Assembly: GCF_000315625.1 (NCBI RefSeq)
Contig: NW_005434542.1
Coordinates: 90,524 to 154,523 of the forward strand
Reading direction: 5' to 3'
Source: Guillardia theta CCMP2712
Lineage: Eukaryota > Protista > Cryptophyta
Length of the DNA stretch: 64,000 nt
The stretch's first letter is position 1. Each line of letters starts with the position of its first letter. The notes below the pieces were generated by a model that was given only the letters and a program-made list of their open reading frames with translations, was not told the origin of the DNA and made no database searches. Positions 1 to 19,571 of the stretch are shown piece by piece. Made by a program: the position numbers and the translations under genes.

Positions 1-299
1 CTTCCCCCCCCTTAAAATAGAGAAAAGTCGGTACCCACCCGACAGACGAGCAGCCGCGAAGGCCTAGGAAGGGCACGCACGGAGAGCCTTTGTCTGACGG
101 AGGAGGTGGTGGTGGTGGTGGTGGTGGAGGAGGAGGAGGAGGAGGAGGAAACTTGTAGATGTAGTCTCACTAATACCATCCTCCTCCTCCCACCATCATC
201 ACGAGTGTCACTACAGAGCTCAAGGCAAACCATGACGGGACGAGGCGCTGAGGCGAGCTGGACATGGTCATGGTGACGTTGGAAGAGTTGCCGACAATC

Positions 300-7703
<7,404 letters not shown>

Positions 7704-7879
7704 GGTTGGAGTGATTTCAATCAATGTTTTCAATGATGTTCAAATAGATCATGCGTCAAATCTGCGTCCAAAACTTGCTTCCATCCTCGCCGAGGTTCAC
7801 CCTTCATCATTACCCAGCCACTGCTTCACCATGAGTGCTTGTCCACTGTCTTTGTGCAGCTGATCTCTTGTTTACATTT

Positions 7880-8062
7880 CCCTCGTCTCCATCCCTCCTC
7901 TCTTCTCTCCTCTACTCTCCTCTACTCTCCTCTACTCTCCTCTCAGCTCTCCTCTCCTCTCCTCTCCTCTCCTCTCCTCTCCTCTCCTCTACTCTGCTCT
8001 ACTCTGCTCTACGCTGCTCTACTCTGCTCTGCTCTGCTCTGCTCTGCTCTCCGCTACTCTCC
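7880..8062. repeat. Pentanucleotide (CTCTN)n low-complexity repeat
   Basis: ctctc/ctcta/ctctg units seen directly. Confidence 0.9.
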
Positions 8063-8753
8063 ATTGACTCGTTTCATCCATGGATCACCTCAATCGTAAG
8101 GTCAAACACCACCCCCATCGCTCTGGTACCCCCTATTTCATAGAAAATTACCGGTACAGTACCGGAGAGATGAGCGGGCCGTGCCATCCAAGGCATCGGC
8201 CGACTCGTCAGTGCCACCCGGTGACTCCGAGGCTGAACGGTGGCAGCATGGCAGTGACCCGGCGGCGTGACCGACTCCCGCCGGGCGGGCCGTGCCAGGT
8301 GGCACTCAGCCTCACACAATGGGCCCGGGAGAGTCACAGTGACGGTCAAGCCGCGACTCTCCCAGTGCTTCAAGTTCAAGTTTTCAAGTTTGCTCGTCAA
8401 GTTCTGAGAGATGGCACTGATTTAAAGTGACTTAAAAATAAACTGAACGGTACTATAGTTGAAGCTAGTAAGTTGCCGCAGTGCTTTGAAAGAGAGTCAA
8501 TGACTATCGCCGGATCCGAGACGATGCCATGATGGCCGGGCCATGGTCAGTGTCACTGGCAACTTCGGACATGCGTCTGCATCCGAAGTTTTCAAGCCGG
8601 CCCGCGGCATTGAACTTGATCATCCGAGTTCAATCAGTGTGTACGATCATTGAACATCATGAAATTGCTGATCAATAGCGCGCCTTGTGTGATGGTTCCG
8701 TTTTAACCTTTCGATCGGCGCACTGAGTCAGACGCCGCGCATCAGACGCCGCG

Positions 8754-9081
8754 CCATTCAATAATAGTACCGTGAAATGGGGGAACAGTTGATAAACGCA
8801 CCCACGGTCTTCAAGCCAGTGCCGGGGAACCGTTGAACACACGGTTCAACCCCCGTTGTCTCGGTGTGTGGGAGGGGTCCCAGACGCGGCTGATTGTAAT
8901 AACGAATGCCCCTATGAGCCTGCCAGGGTGCCGTGGGTAGCCAAGCAAGTCAGTGCCCGCGGCCGTCACCCGCGGCAAGACCGGGTTGAACCGTGTGTTC
9001 AACGGTTCCCCGGCACTGGCTTGAAGACCGTGGGTGCGTTTATCAACTGTTCCCCCATTTCACGGTACTATTATTGAATGG
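8754..9081. mobile_element. MITE-like fold-back element with 99-bp perfect inverted arms (8754-8852 and 8983-9081) and a 130-bp spacer
   Basis: CCATTCAATAATAGTACCGTG...CACGGTTCAACCC recurs as its exact reverse complement. No clear target-site duplication. Confidence 0.75.
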
Positions 9082-9216
9082 AGGGGTCCCTATCTCCCGC
9101 GATTGTAAGGCTGTGAGGGGGTGGGGGTCCCTGGCGCCGAGGAAGTGGACTGATATCAACTTCACGCAAGCTGGTCTGGCCTTCACGCGGCCTGGGAAGA
9201 ACTGATCCGCATCGCG

Positions 9217-10149
9217 ATGCTCTCGTTGAAACTTTGCTTGACGGTGCTGTCGATGTTAGACATGGCAACGGGCCATGCAAGCTTGAGAGCCTGGTCAGGA
9301 GATGGGATAGATGCCTCTGGGAATGCAACGCCCGATCTGGCAAATGCCGCTGTCAGTCCAGGAAGGGGCCGCTTGACAGAGATGAGGATATCTCATGCAA
9401 TGGCAGGGATGTATACTTACAAGATTGAAATCGTCTTGCCAAACGTCGGACAGACCTTGAGCTCTCTGAAGCCTTCTCCCTTGCCTGGATGGAACCTGCG
9501 ACACAATCCGAGTAGTTCTAGCACGGAAACGCAAAAAAAGCTTACGTACACTGCCTATCTTGGCCATGAATTGTTCGACCAATGGTATCTTCAAATACCA
9601 ATCTCGATGAATTTCAAATGCAATACACAGTACAACGATCCTCTCATTAGAGGCTGTGGCTCCATAGAACAAGACATGATCGTGTACGCGCTCTTTCCTG
9701 TGCGGCAGCATTTGTGCGAGGTGAATGTAAATGGTGTGTGCGTACCCAACGGACGGACCCTGGACTGGGCAGACTTTGCAGAGCCTTCAAGCAACGCAAC
9801 GAAACTATCAGACTCATGCAATGCTAAGAGTAGCCCTGGGATCAAAGTCTTTCGGAGTCCTCTGGTACGGGCCACATGCAATGTATCTGTTACTACACCC
9901 CAGCCTGCGTTCGCGCTGTCCACGGCTTTTGAATCGCCTTGCAGTGGTGAAAGCTGCAACTCTGGAGTCCGAGCAGCCTCGCCAGCGTCTACAACGGTGA
10001 TTGCAAACGGTGATACAACGGCTTCAACTGCAACTTCCAGCTCGGGTTCAGAACACGTTCATTCCTTGGTGAATCGGTGGACGATTGCATCGTTGATCAT
10101 GCCGTCTTTGGTGTACATGGAGAGGTTGGCCAAGTCCATGTTCGAGTAG
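9217..10149 (+). CDS. YcnI/DUF1775-like secreted copper-binding protein with Ser/Thr linker and hydrophobic C-terminus
   Basis: Signal peptide followed by His (ATG|HASL). Motifs MRISHA, YKIEIVLP, KPSPLPGW and FPVRQ..C..DW resemble YcnI. Intronless. Confidence 0.6.
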   Translation: MLSLKLCLTVLSMLDMATGHASLRAWSGDGIDASGNATPDLANAAVSPGRGRLTEMRISHAMAGMYTYKIEIVLPNVGQTLSSLKPSPLPGWNLRHNPSSSSTETQKKLTYTAYLGHELFDQWYLQIPISMNFKCNTQYNDPLIRGCGSIEQDMIVYALFPVRQHLCEVNVNGVCVPNGRTLDWADFAEPSSNATKLSDSCNAKSSPGIKVFRSPLVRATCNVSVTTPQPAFALSTAFESPCSGESCNSGVRAASPASTTVIANGDTTASTATSSSGSEHVHSLVNRWTIASLIMPSLVYMERLAKSMFE

Positions 10150-11232
10150 ATGCAGAACCGGCCGCCTACCGTCGTACGAGCTTTCAGTACGGTCGGTGAC
10201 TTGGACGGATTGTTCACGTTTAGCGATTTAGTCGATATCATTGTGGCGAACGTCATGAAATAAACAAGTTGCTATGCCAGTCTGCGGCCACTGAACGGTC
10301 ACTGCCGCTTTGCGACTGTGCCAGTCGGTAGCCGCTCAGAGAACAGCCGCCCTCAGGGCCTAGACTAGTCTAGTATGATGGCCAAGCCTGCCCTGCGGCG
10401 AGGCTTGGGCCGCGCGTCCGATTGCCCCGGCCAGCCTTGTGTGCCTGAGGGTCAACCGATGGACCGGGATGATGCCCGGGCCCTCTCGCGTAGAGAAACT
10501 GCTGATCATAGTCATGATTGAGGAGGAAAGTGTGAAGTTATTTATCAGTTAGGGCCAGTGATGCTGCGCGGCGTCTGTGGTGTGACTGAAAGGTAGCAAA
10601 ACGGGAACCATCACATAAGGCTCGCAAGTTCAATGATTCAGGCTCAGCAATTTCTTAATCGTACAACTCATTAAATCAGCGGCCCTCAGCCTGGCTTGAA
10701 AAGATGGCAGACGCACTGGCTCTTCCATAGTGCCTGCGGCACTGAACTCAGTGACCGGGTACACCATGCTTGCCAAGCCGGGCCGCCCCGGTTGACGGAT
10801 GATACTACCGTAGTAAGGATCCGATCATGACGGTACTAGTAGTACGGCGCCGCGAGTCACGGTGCTCTTAAGTTCAGGCTCTGCCCGGTCCGAGTGTCAC
10901 GAACGGAAGGACTTGACTAGTCACAGTGATTTGTCAGATGTGTAGCGGCAGCTTGTACACTCACTGCGGCGAGCTCCGGGCTTGAGACCGTCCCGGAGTT
11001 CACGCCGGTCACCGGTGGGTCCGATCAGCGCCGGGCATCATCGCCGGACCCGGGACCGCCCGGCCGGGATGCGCGGCAGTGCCCGGCGCTGTGACATACT
11101 CAACCGTTTGACGGTAAACTTTCAAAGCCTTGCTTGAAGCGGAGGCTCCCGGCCGGCCCGGGACTCCCCGGCGACTCGGCGACTCCGAGTCCGGCGAGTC
11201 GAGTCCGCCCCGCCGCCGCCTTACCGTGATAA

Positions 11233-11393
11233 GTGATTGGACATGATGGGTTAAGTTAGTCGGTCCTAACTCGGAGATACTAGTTGATAGGGGAATCGTC
11301 TCCGTGTGAAGGGCGCATCTCGGTGCGCCGCCTATCGAAAGGGAACCGGGTTAATATTCCCGGACCGGAGGGCGGATAATGCATGGCAACATA
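11233..11393 (+). pseudogene. 28S (LSU) rRNA fragment with short insertions
   Basis: Matches the conserved eukaryotic LSU stretch TTGGACATGGGTTAGTCG.TCCTAAGAGAT.GGG.A.CTCCGT...ATCGAAAGGGAA..GGGTTAATATTCC (recalled, not aligned). Confidence 0.85.
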
Positions 11394-13846
11394 CGGTTGA
11401 AGCGGCTTGAAGTCCCACAGCTCTGAGGCGGGCCTGTGCGGGAGCCTACGCCCGGCGCCGCAGTGACCGCCGCATCCGTACTAAACTTCGCCCGGCGGCG
11501 CTGCAACTTAGTAGCCTAGTAGGCCCCGGCGGCGCCCGGCCGCTGAGTCGGAGCCGCTTTACATGCCTTGGCAATACTCTTGCATATTGCTCAGACCGCC
11601 CTCAAGCCCGACTCTTTGCAGCAGATTCCTATGAAATAAGTATAGATCATGCTGTCTCCGTGACATGCTTCATGACTTCCTACTTATTGCTCATGAGAGT
11701 CAATGTCATCCATCGTACAGCGCCACTAGCGGACGGTCCGTGCGGAGTACTCCTTATTCAAGCTGCTAAAATCTATGATGATCAACCCTCTTTACATGTG
11801 TTTGCAATCACAGAGATGTTTTCAGACTGCTGCGCTCACACCAGATTCTGCAGGGATTGCCTCTTCTTGTCCTCGTCTGAGCTCTCCTGCTGCAGATGAG
11901 TCACGTCTGCGTAACATTCACTTGCTAACCTTGGATATGCAACCAGGGAAGGGAAGGGGCAAGGCTTGAGAGCTCCCTCTGATCTACAAGGGTGGTCTAT
12001 GTTGGTCGGAGGCAGGGTAGGGTCCAAAACTTGACCCCATCGGAGAAGGGACTTTCACTGGGAAACAGGTGGGTCCAAAGCATCATAGTTTGAACAGGGG
12101 AGGTACCGCATAAACTATTTTGGTACAAGTTTTCCTAACAGTACTCGAATATGTACCATAAAATTGGTACTGTTGGTACAATTATTTGCTACCAGGAAGT
12201 ACCCTACCCCCTTAAACAGGTCTCTACCAATTTGAATCAGCTCCCAGCCGTCTGACCCACCCCAGACCCCAACTGCCATTTGCTATTCACATGTGTGGAA
12301 GGATACCCCCACAGAAAACTATTGGAAACCAGAGGGGTCAGTTGAGAGCGACAACGCTATGCGCTGACTCTGTGATGTTCAAGTTTCACAAGAGATGAAG
12401 TCAGGGTAGGTAGTCGGGTTTCAGGAGTGGGCGAGAATCATAAAAGTCTTGGGCATTCTGGTAGTGGAATTGATCGGACGCTGAAAAGCAATCCGATTTC
12501 GATTGCCCTTAGGATTCGAACGCGTGGTCAAACAGCACCCGGCACCTGAGCACTTACGGTGGTAGTCATTCAATGCGCCAGAAAAGGTCCCCATGCCCGA
12601 TGACTTCGCGGAGGCGGCGCAGCGGCTGATGGCAGGCATATGGATCAGTGAAGGGGAGGAAGCCAGGAGGAAGGAAGGAATCGGAACCCGGGAAAACTGA
12701 GCAAAGAAGGAAGGAAGGAAGGAAGGAAACCAGGTACGGAGGAGAGAGTTATTCTACTTCATTGAATCACCAATAAACACCCAATCAACATCCAACCAGC
12801 ACCCAACCAGCACCCAACCAGCACCCAACCAGCATCCACACCCTGTTTTACAGTTCAACGGTTATGCAGCTGTTTACTGACTGAGGAAAGAAAACCGAAC
12901 CGGAGCAAACATTATTGAATTGTAAAACATAATATTAAAATTCTCTTGCAGATTTTCAGTATCTGATTTGTGGTCCCTTTTCGAGCCCTCATACAGCCCC
13001 CTTGGAAGGGCATAACTTAATAAACCTCTGCATATAAACCTTAAACAGCCAGATAAATGAAAGAGGTGGAGAGAGAGAGTGAGCAGTCGAGAGGGAGGGA
13101 GGGAGAGGGAGAGAGGAGAGAGGAGAGGTCGAGCGATATATGGGAGGAAGGGGGCAGAGTACCCCTTCCTCTGAGCTGCAGAGGTGGGGTTATCTGAGCC
13201 GCTGCCAGAGTCTCCCGCCGGCCTAGAGAGTAACCAAGATGAAGAGATCAATCACAACAAGCCATGTCAAAGCAGAAACAGAGTGTCAAGAGGTGAGGTG
13301 AGGATGAGAAATGGAAAGCGAAGGAAAGTGAAGGGAAGTGGAAAGCAAAGGAAAATGTGCATCGCACCGATGAGTGAAGTGGAGATCAGGTGGAAGCGAG
13401 TGAACACGCCTCAGAAATAAAGGACAATTTCCTTAGGAAACGAGAGGACTGAGTTGAACTGCGAAGTGGGATAAGGAAGGACAATAACTTTGTACCGATA
13501 AAGAGAAGGGGATATGATAACGTGAAGTCTTCAAGTAGCACCAACATTGAACTTGATAAAGATGAAGATTGATTCCAAGTGGTACGAGTAGGTGTGCAGA
13601 AAAAAAATAACTTTTGACTTTTGTGAGGTAGAGCTGTGGTAGAGGGTGATGGGAGATGTGAAGTTCGAACTGGTCCACTCCACAATTATGAACTTAAACA
13701 GAACCATCTCCTGTTGCCCATGACAATTTATCTGCTTGCAGGCTTGAAAGATATCCAAATAATCTGATTCGCGTTCGCATTTCTCTCAGCTATACTCGTG
13801 GCATCAAGAGACATTGATTTGAACTTCAGCACTTCTACTGTCCATT

Positions 13847-16524
13847 ATGAGGGGATTGAATTTTTTTCTGGAAATTTTGCTCATCCTCCAGCTCTTCCTA
13901 TCCTTCGAATCTGCGCTTCGATCCGTTGAGACAGGAAAGTATGCTAAGCTCAAGAGCCGTAAGTCGCGCCAAGGCACTGGATCTCCTCTATCTCTACGCT
14001 TGAAAGGCGGAGAGGACGAGGCAGAGAAGAAAGTTGAATTGAACTCTGTGAGTGTAGTTTTCTGTAATTCACTTGTCAATTTCTTGGTTTACTGCCTTGC
14101 GCGCTTTACCGTTGCAACTCCACTGTTTCTTCTGTCACCGTTGCTTTCTCCACTCTCATTTCCTTTCCCATCTTCCTCATGCTTATGCCCAAATCCTGAT
14201 GCTTTTGTTCACAACCTGACTCTCCTGCGTTCCTCTCACTGTGTCTTCCAGACCGCAACATTGAAAAAGCAGCGCGACAAGATCAAAAGTAAGAGAGCAA
14301 GAAAAAGCAGAGCAATGCAGCAAGACAGACAGGATGAAAAGTCAAAGGAGAAAGCAAGACCAAAAGGAACAAGACAGCAATACAGGCGAGATGAAGAGAA
14401 AGAGGAGAGCAAGACAGACGAAATGAGCATACTGGTGGAATCTATCTCACAAATCCAGCGCCGGATCGAGATGTGCCAAGACCCGGCAGAAAAGCAACGG
14501 CTGACCAGTCAGCTTGAGAGGAAGAGCTCGAGCACAAGCTCACGCTCGAGAAGAAGGAGCTAGACCCGGCAGAAAAGCAACGGCTGACCAGTCAGCTTGA
14601 GAGGAAGGAGCTCGAGCACACGGTCAAGCTCGAGAGGAAGGAGCTCGAGCACAAGCTCACGCTCGAGAAGAAGGAGCTCGAGCACAAGATCGAGATGTGC
14701 CAAGACCCGGCAGAAAAGCAACGGCTGACCAGTCAGCTTGAGAGGAAGGAGCTCGAGCACACGGTCAAGCTCGAGAGGAAGGAGCTCGAGCACAAGCTCA
14801 CGCTCGAGAAGAAGGAGCTCGAGCACAAGATCGAGATGTGCCAAGACCCGGCAGAAAAGCAACGGCTGACCAGTCAGCTTGAGAGGAAGGAGCTCGTGCT
14901 TGACAAACACAGGGCCGAGGTCCGGGAGGAAGAGGCAGAAAGCGCAATTTGGACAGAAAAAACCTTGAGTCGTGATCTGGTGGGGCACAGGGAGGCGAAC
15001 AAACTCTTCTTTCTCGATCGATCGCTGTTTGATCCAATCAGCTCGTCACAAGCAGGGGTGCGTGTGCTGTACTGCCGAGATTCCTTCAATGAGCAGTGGC
15101 GTTTCCTTGACGACCGGGTGTGCAAGGCGGGGTGTCTGGGTTGGATTCTAGGGCCTCCGGGGACGGGGAAGACGACGACGACGATGTCCTTCATGCAATC
15201 GCGAGGCATGGAGGAGGGATGGAGGGTGATATGCTTTCGGCTGTGGAAGTGGGGAATTGTCGAATTCTTACAGGTTGATGATGGCGTATTGAGAAAATGT
15301 GAGATGCCTGCCGACAATGCGGGGGCTTGGATACCGAAATTTCTCAGAGAACGGGCACCGAGCGGGAAGAAGACTTTGGTGTCTATAGATGGTTACCGAC
15401 AGGGGGAGCAAGCACATGGATTTGTGCTGAGTGCTTGCCTGTATTGGGTTCATCGTGAACTGGAGAATCGGCGGCTTGTTATCACAACGTCGATGAGCTC
15501 TCGAGCAAAGAAGAGTTCCGAGCAAGATGCGAATGAGAAGGTCGAAGAAATGATGGTGTATTCGTGGACAATGGAAGAGTATCTGGAAGCCTGTAGGTAC
15601 GACGCGTTCTATAAGAGTGTGGCTGATGTGATGAAATGGAGCTTGGATGAAGAAGAGGGAAGCATGGATGAAGGCGAGGGAAGCATGGATGAGACAGAAC
15701 AAGAGAGAAGGTCGAGAGAAATCGAGTCAAAGTATCAGATTGTAGGAGGCTCATGCCGATATATGTTTGAACGTAGGACAGATGAAGCGATCCAAGAACT
15801 CCGTGACGGGATAGAGGCTGTTCCTGATTTTGCGTCCCTGTTTGACATGGGGATGGGAGAGCGTGCAAACAATGCTGTGAATCGCCTGCATGGGAAGTAT
15901 CGTGTCGGAGACGAGGTGCACTGGACGCTTGTCAGCAGGTTTGTTTCCATGGAGCTAGCACAGAGGCTTGGAGAAACGTTTGTGAGGAAGATTGAAGAAC
16001 TCGTTGACGCAACTGGGAATCCGACACTTCGGGGTTGGTTGTTTGAGATGCTGTTCTTTGCTCGGATACGAGGGGCAGGGCTGCAGCTTACCACGAGGTC
16101 CGAGATAGTCGACGATTGGAAAAGATGTAACGTGATAAGGCTGGAAGCTATGCAAATCCATAAGCTGCAGGAAAAGACAAAAGTAGCAAGGGTGTGCCTG
16201 AAGCCATTGAAATGGAATCAGGGGGGCTACGATGCAGTGATTGTTGACTGGAGTGAAAAATTTGTGCGCTTTGTGCAGGTAACGACTAGGCAGTCGCATG
16301 ACCTCAAACTGCGATACATGGCAAAGTGCCTGCAACTTTTGGGCATTGGGAAGGAGGAAGGCTGGAAGGTGGAGATAGTGTTTGTCGTTCCCGAGGAGAT
16401 TCTCAACAGCTTCAGCGTGAAGAATGTGGAAAATAAAGGCATTCTTGCAAGGTACGGGTGGACCCGCGGCAATGAAGCGATCGAAGCGCAGGTGTTTGGT
16501 ATGGATCCCAGAACGCGACGGTAG
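13847..16524 (+). pseudogene. Crinkler/RHS-type NTPase + restriction-endonuclease-fold gene, copy A, frameshifted in the repeat array
   Basis: Same as 21566-24376 except for a 1-nt deletion at ~14524 and a 24-nt deletion at ~14561, which give a TAG at 14561-14563. The downstream ORF 14695-16524 is intact. Probable intron at 14048-14251. Confidence 0.75.
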
Positions 16525-17788
16525 ACCGGCGACATTGATGAGGAAGTTGCCAGGTGAGTCGCTTGATGCCTGACGTGATGGGTTTGCATCGTGTAATGGA
16601 AGGTGCACAGGTTGCAACCAAACCAAGCACATGCTTAAACGACCTCGGCTGGATAACGCATAGTTGCCAAGCAACTTAGTTTGATATCAACTTCATTTAG
16701 GAAGCAACACAACCAACACAGAGGTTCTTTGGTCACACTAGACCAATTGCTCTGCTCCTATATCCCCCCCAGTTGCAATAGCAGGAGAAGGCTTTCTATG
16801 TACAAGCCAACAACGGCGGCAGTATTCTGTTGTGCATGTTGTGTTCTAGTAAATGCAGCATTGACTGTTCTAGTTCACTATGTGACTGCAGAACATTGTC
16901 CTCAAAACGAGAGGAGTGCTTGATGGCAAATTTCTTTCGTCAAAAATGGAAATGCCAGTCATGGAGAATCATACTGTGGTCGAGAAACAACCATGCAGAA
17001 TGGTAGCAAGATGAAGCTAACGTCCATTGTCATGTGCTGCCCGAGTGACAAGCAGAAAAACTGTATAAAAAGTCCATTTGACAAGCAGAAAAACTGTATA
17101 AAAAGTCCATTTGTCGTTGTGTAATAAGCCTACACTCAACTATCTCTGACTTGGACAGGTTCAACAGAGTGTAAAACATCGGTTCAGGTGGGGATTAGTG
17201 CACTTGAATGATCTTTCATCGCATTCAGAATGTAGAGATGAAAATGCAGTACGAATCGACAATGATTACCGATGACAAAAAGAACTGTTGAATCTGTTTG
17301 ATGAACTTCGACATGCTTGCAATATGTTCATAGTATGAAAATGCAATCGAATGAAGTGTTCAACACACTCAACATGCTTCCATTGCCATCTTTGGGTTTA
17401 GGGTTCATGACTTTGGCGAGGCGACCAAATCACATTTTCATATTACAACATGATGAATAACTCATGATGTTACAACTTTCTCGTGAGTCATATACTTTTA
17501 GAATGATCTTGGTTGTGATTCAAGTGCAAGAAACATGTTAAAATATCAAGCTACATCCTCATCATCAGCTTTCCTGCGACTACCGCGCGCCATTGTTCGG
17601 CAGTAAATAGACCCCCACCACATCTCCAAATACCCCTACCCTATATTTTGACTGCTTTGTGCTTTGAAGCAACCGGGACAAATCAAAGAGCGATGGACCC
17701 CTACCCTATTAATTTCCCTAACCCTAAGAAAACTTGCCGAAAATCAAGAAAACGGCAAAAATCAAGGTCTGCAATTTGTGTCCCCGAA

Positions 17789-18351
17789 ATCTTCAAATAC
17801 CAATCTCGATGAATTTCAAATGCAATACACAGTACAACGATCCTCTCATTAGAGGCTGTGGCTCCATAGAACAAGACCTGATCGTGTACGCGCTCTTTCC
17901 TGTGCGGCAGCATTTGTGCGAGGTGAATGCAAATGGTGTGTGCGTACCCAACGGACGGACCCTGGACTGGGCAGACTTTGCAGAGCCTTCAAGCAACGCA
18001 ACGAAGCTATCAGACTCATGCAATGCTGGGAGTAGCCCTGGGATCAAAGTCTTTCGGAGTCCTCGGGTACGGGCCACATGTAATGTATCTGTTACTACAC
18101 CCCGGCCTGCGTTCGCGCTGTCCACAGCCTTTGAATTGCCTTGCAGTGGTGAAAGCTGCAACTCTGGAGTCCGAGCAGCCTCGCCAGCGTCTACAACGGT
18201 GATTGCAAACGGTGATACAACGGCTTCAACTGCAACTTCCAGCTCGGGTTCAGAACACGTTCATTCCTTGGTGAATCGGTGGACGATTGCATCGTTGATC
18301 ATGCCGTCTTTGGTGTACATGGAGAGGTTGGCCAAGTCCATGTTCGAGTAG
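17789..18351 (+). pseudogene. 5'-truncated copy of the YcnI-like gene, lacking the signal peptide and His
   Basis: Homology with 9587-10149 starts abruptly at ATCTTCAAATACC. Confidence 0.8.
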
Positions 18352-19428
18352 ATGCAGAACCGGCCGCCTACCGTCGTACGAGCTTTCAGTACGGTCGGTG
18401 ACTTGGACGGATTGTTCACGGTTAGCGATTTAGTCGATATCATTGTGGCGAACGTCATGAAATAAACAAGTTGCTATGCCAGTCTGCGGCCACTGAACGG
18501 TCACTGCCGCTTTGCGACTGTGCCAGTCGGTAGCCGCTCAGAGAACAGCCGCCCTCAGGGCCTAGACTAGTCTAGTATGATGGCCAAGCCTGCCCTGCGG
18601 CGAGGCTTGGGCCGCGCGTCCGATTGCCCCGGCCAGCCTTGTGTGCCTGAGGGTCAACCGATGGACCGGGATGATGCCCGGGCCCTCTCGCGTAGAGAAA
18701 CTGCTGATCATAGTCATGATTGAGGAGGAAAGTGTGAAGTTATTTATCAGTTAGGGCCAGTGATGCTGCGCGGCGTCTGTGGTGTGACTGAAAGGTAGCA
18801 AAACGGGAACCATCACATAAGGCTCGCAAGTTCAATGATTCAGGCTCAGCAATTTCTTAATCGTACAACTCATTAAATCAGCGGCCCTCAGCCTGGCTTG
18901 AAAAGATGGCAGACGCACTGGCTCTTCCATAGTGCCTGCGGCACTGAACTCAGTGACCGGGTACACCATGCTTGCCAAGCCGGGCCGCCCCGGTTGACGG
19001 ATGATACTACCGTAGTAAGGATCCGATCATGACGGTACTAGTAGTACGGCGCCGCGAGTCACGGTGCTCTTAAGTTCAGGCTCTGCCCGGTCCGAGTGTC
19101 ACGAACGGAAGGACTTGACTAGTCACAGTGATTTGTCAGATGTGTAGCGGCGGCTTGTACACTCACTGCGGCGAGCTCCGGGCTTGAGACCGTCCCGGAG
19201 TTCACGCCGGTCACCGGTGGGTCCGATCAGCGCCGGGCATCATCGCCGGACCCGGGACCGCCCGGCCGGGATGCGCGGCAGTGCCCGGCGCTGTGACATA
19301 CTCAACCGTTTGAGTAAACTTTCAAAGCCTTGCTTGAAGCGGAGGCTCCCGGCCGGGGACTCCCCGGCGACTCGGCGACTCCGAGTCCGGCGAGTCGAGT
19401 CCGCCCCGCCGCCGCCTTACCGTGATAA

Positions 19429-19540
19429 GTGATTGGACATGATGGGTTAAGTTAGTCGGTCCTAACTCGGAGATACTAGTTGATAGGGGAACCGTCTCCG
19501 TGTGAAGGGCGCATCTCGGTGCGCCGCCTATGGAAAGGGA
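19429..19540 (+). pseudogene. Shorter copy of the 28S rRNA fragment
   Basis: Duplicate of 11233-11345, ending after GAAAGGGA. Confidence 0.8.
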
Positions 19541-19571
19541 GGCGCCCGGCCGCCGCTGTGAGTCGGAGCCG

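Larger units (their letters stand above)
9587..17049 (+). repeat. Segmental duplication, copy A
   Basis: 9587-11345 matches 17789-19540 (offset about 8202). About 12800-17049 matches about 20520-24901 (offset 7719, then 7852 after the repeat array). Confidence 0.95.

Noticed and set aside
11233-11393. Functional rRNA gene or R2-type insertion site
   Set aside because: Only about 160 bp with insertions, no other rDNA, and no reverse transcriptase nearby
11558-12790. Coding capacity of the copy A cargo segment
   Set aside because: Only short ORFs with no recognisable motif in the frames I read
14521-14563. Programmed ribosomal frameshift
   Set aside because: No slippery heptamer; simple deletions relative to copy B explain it
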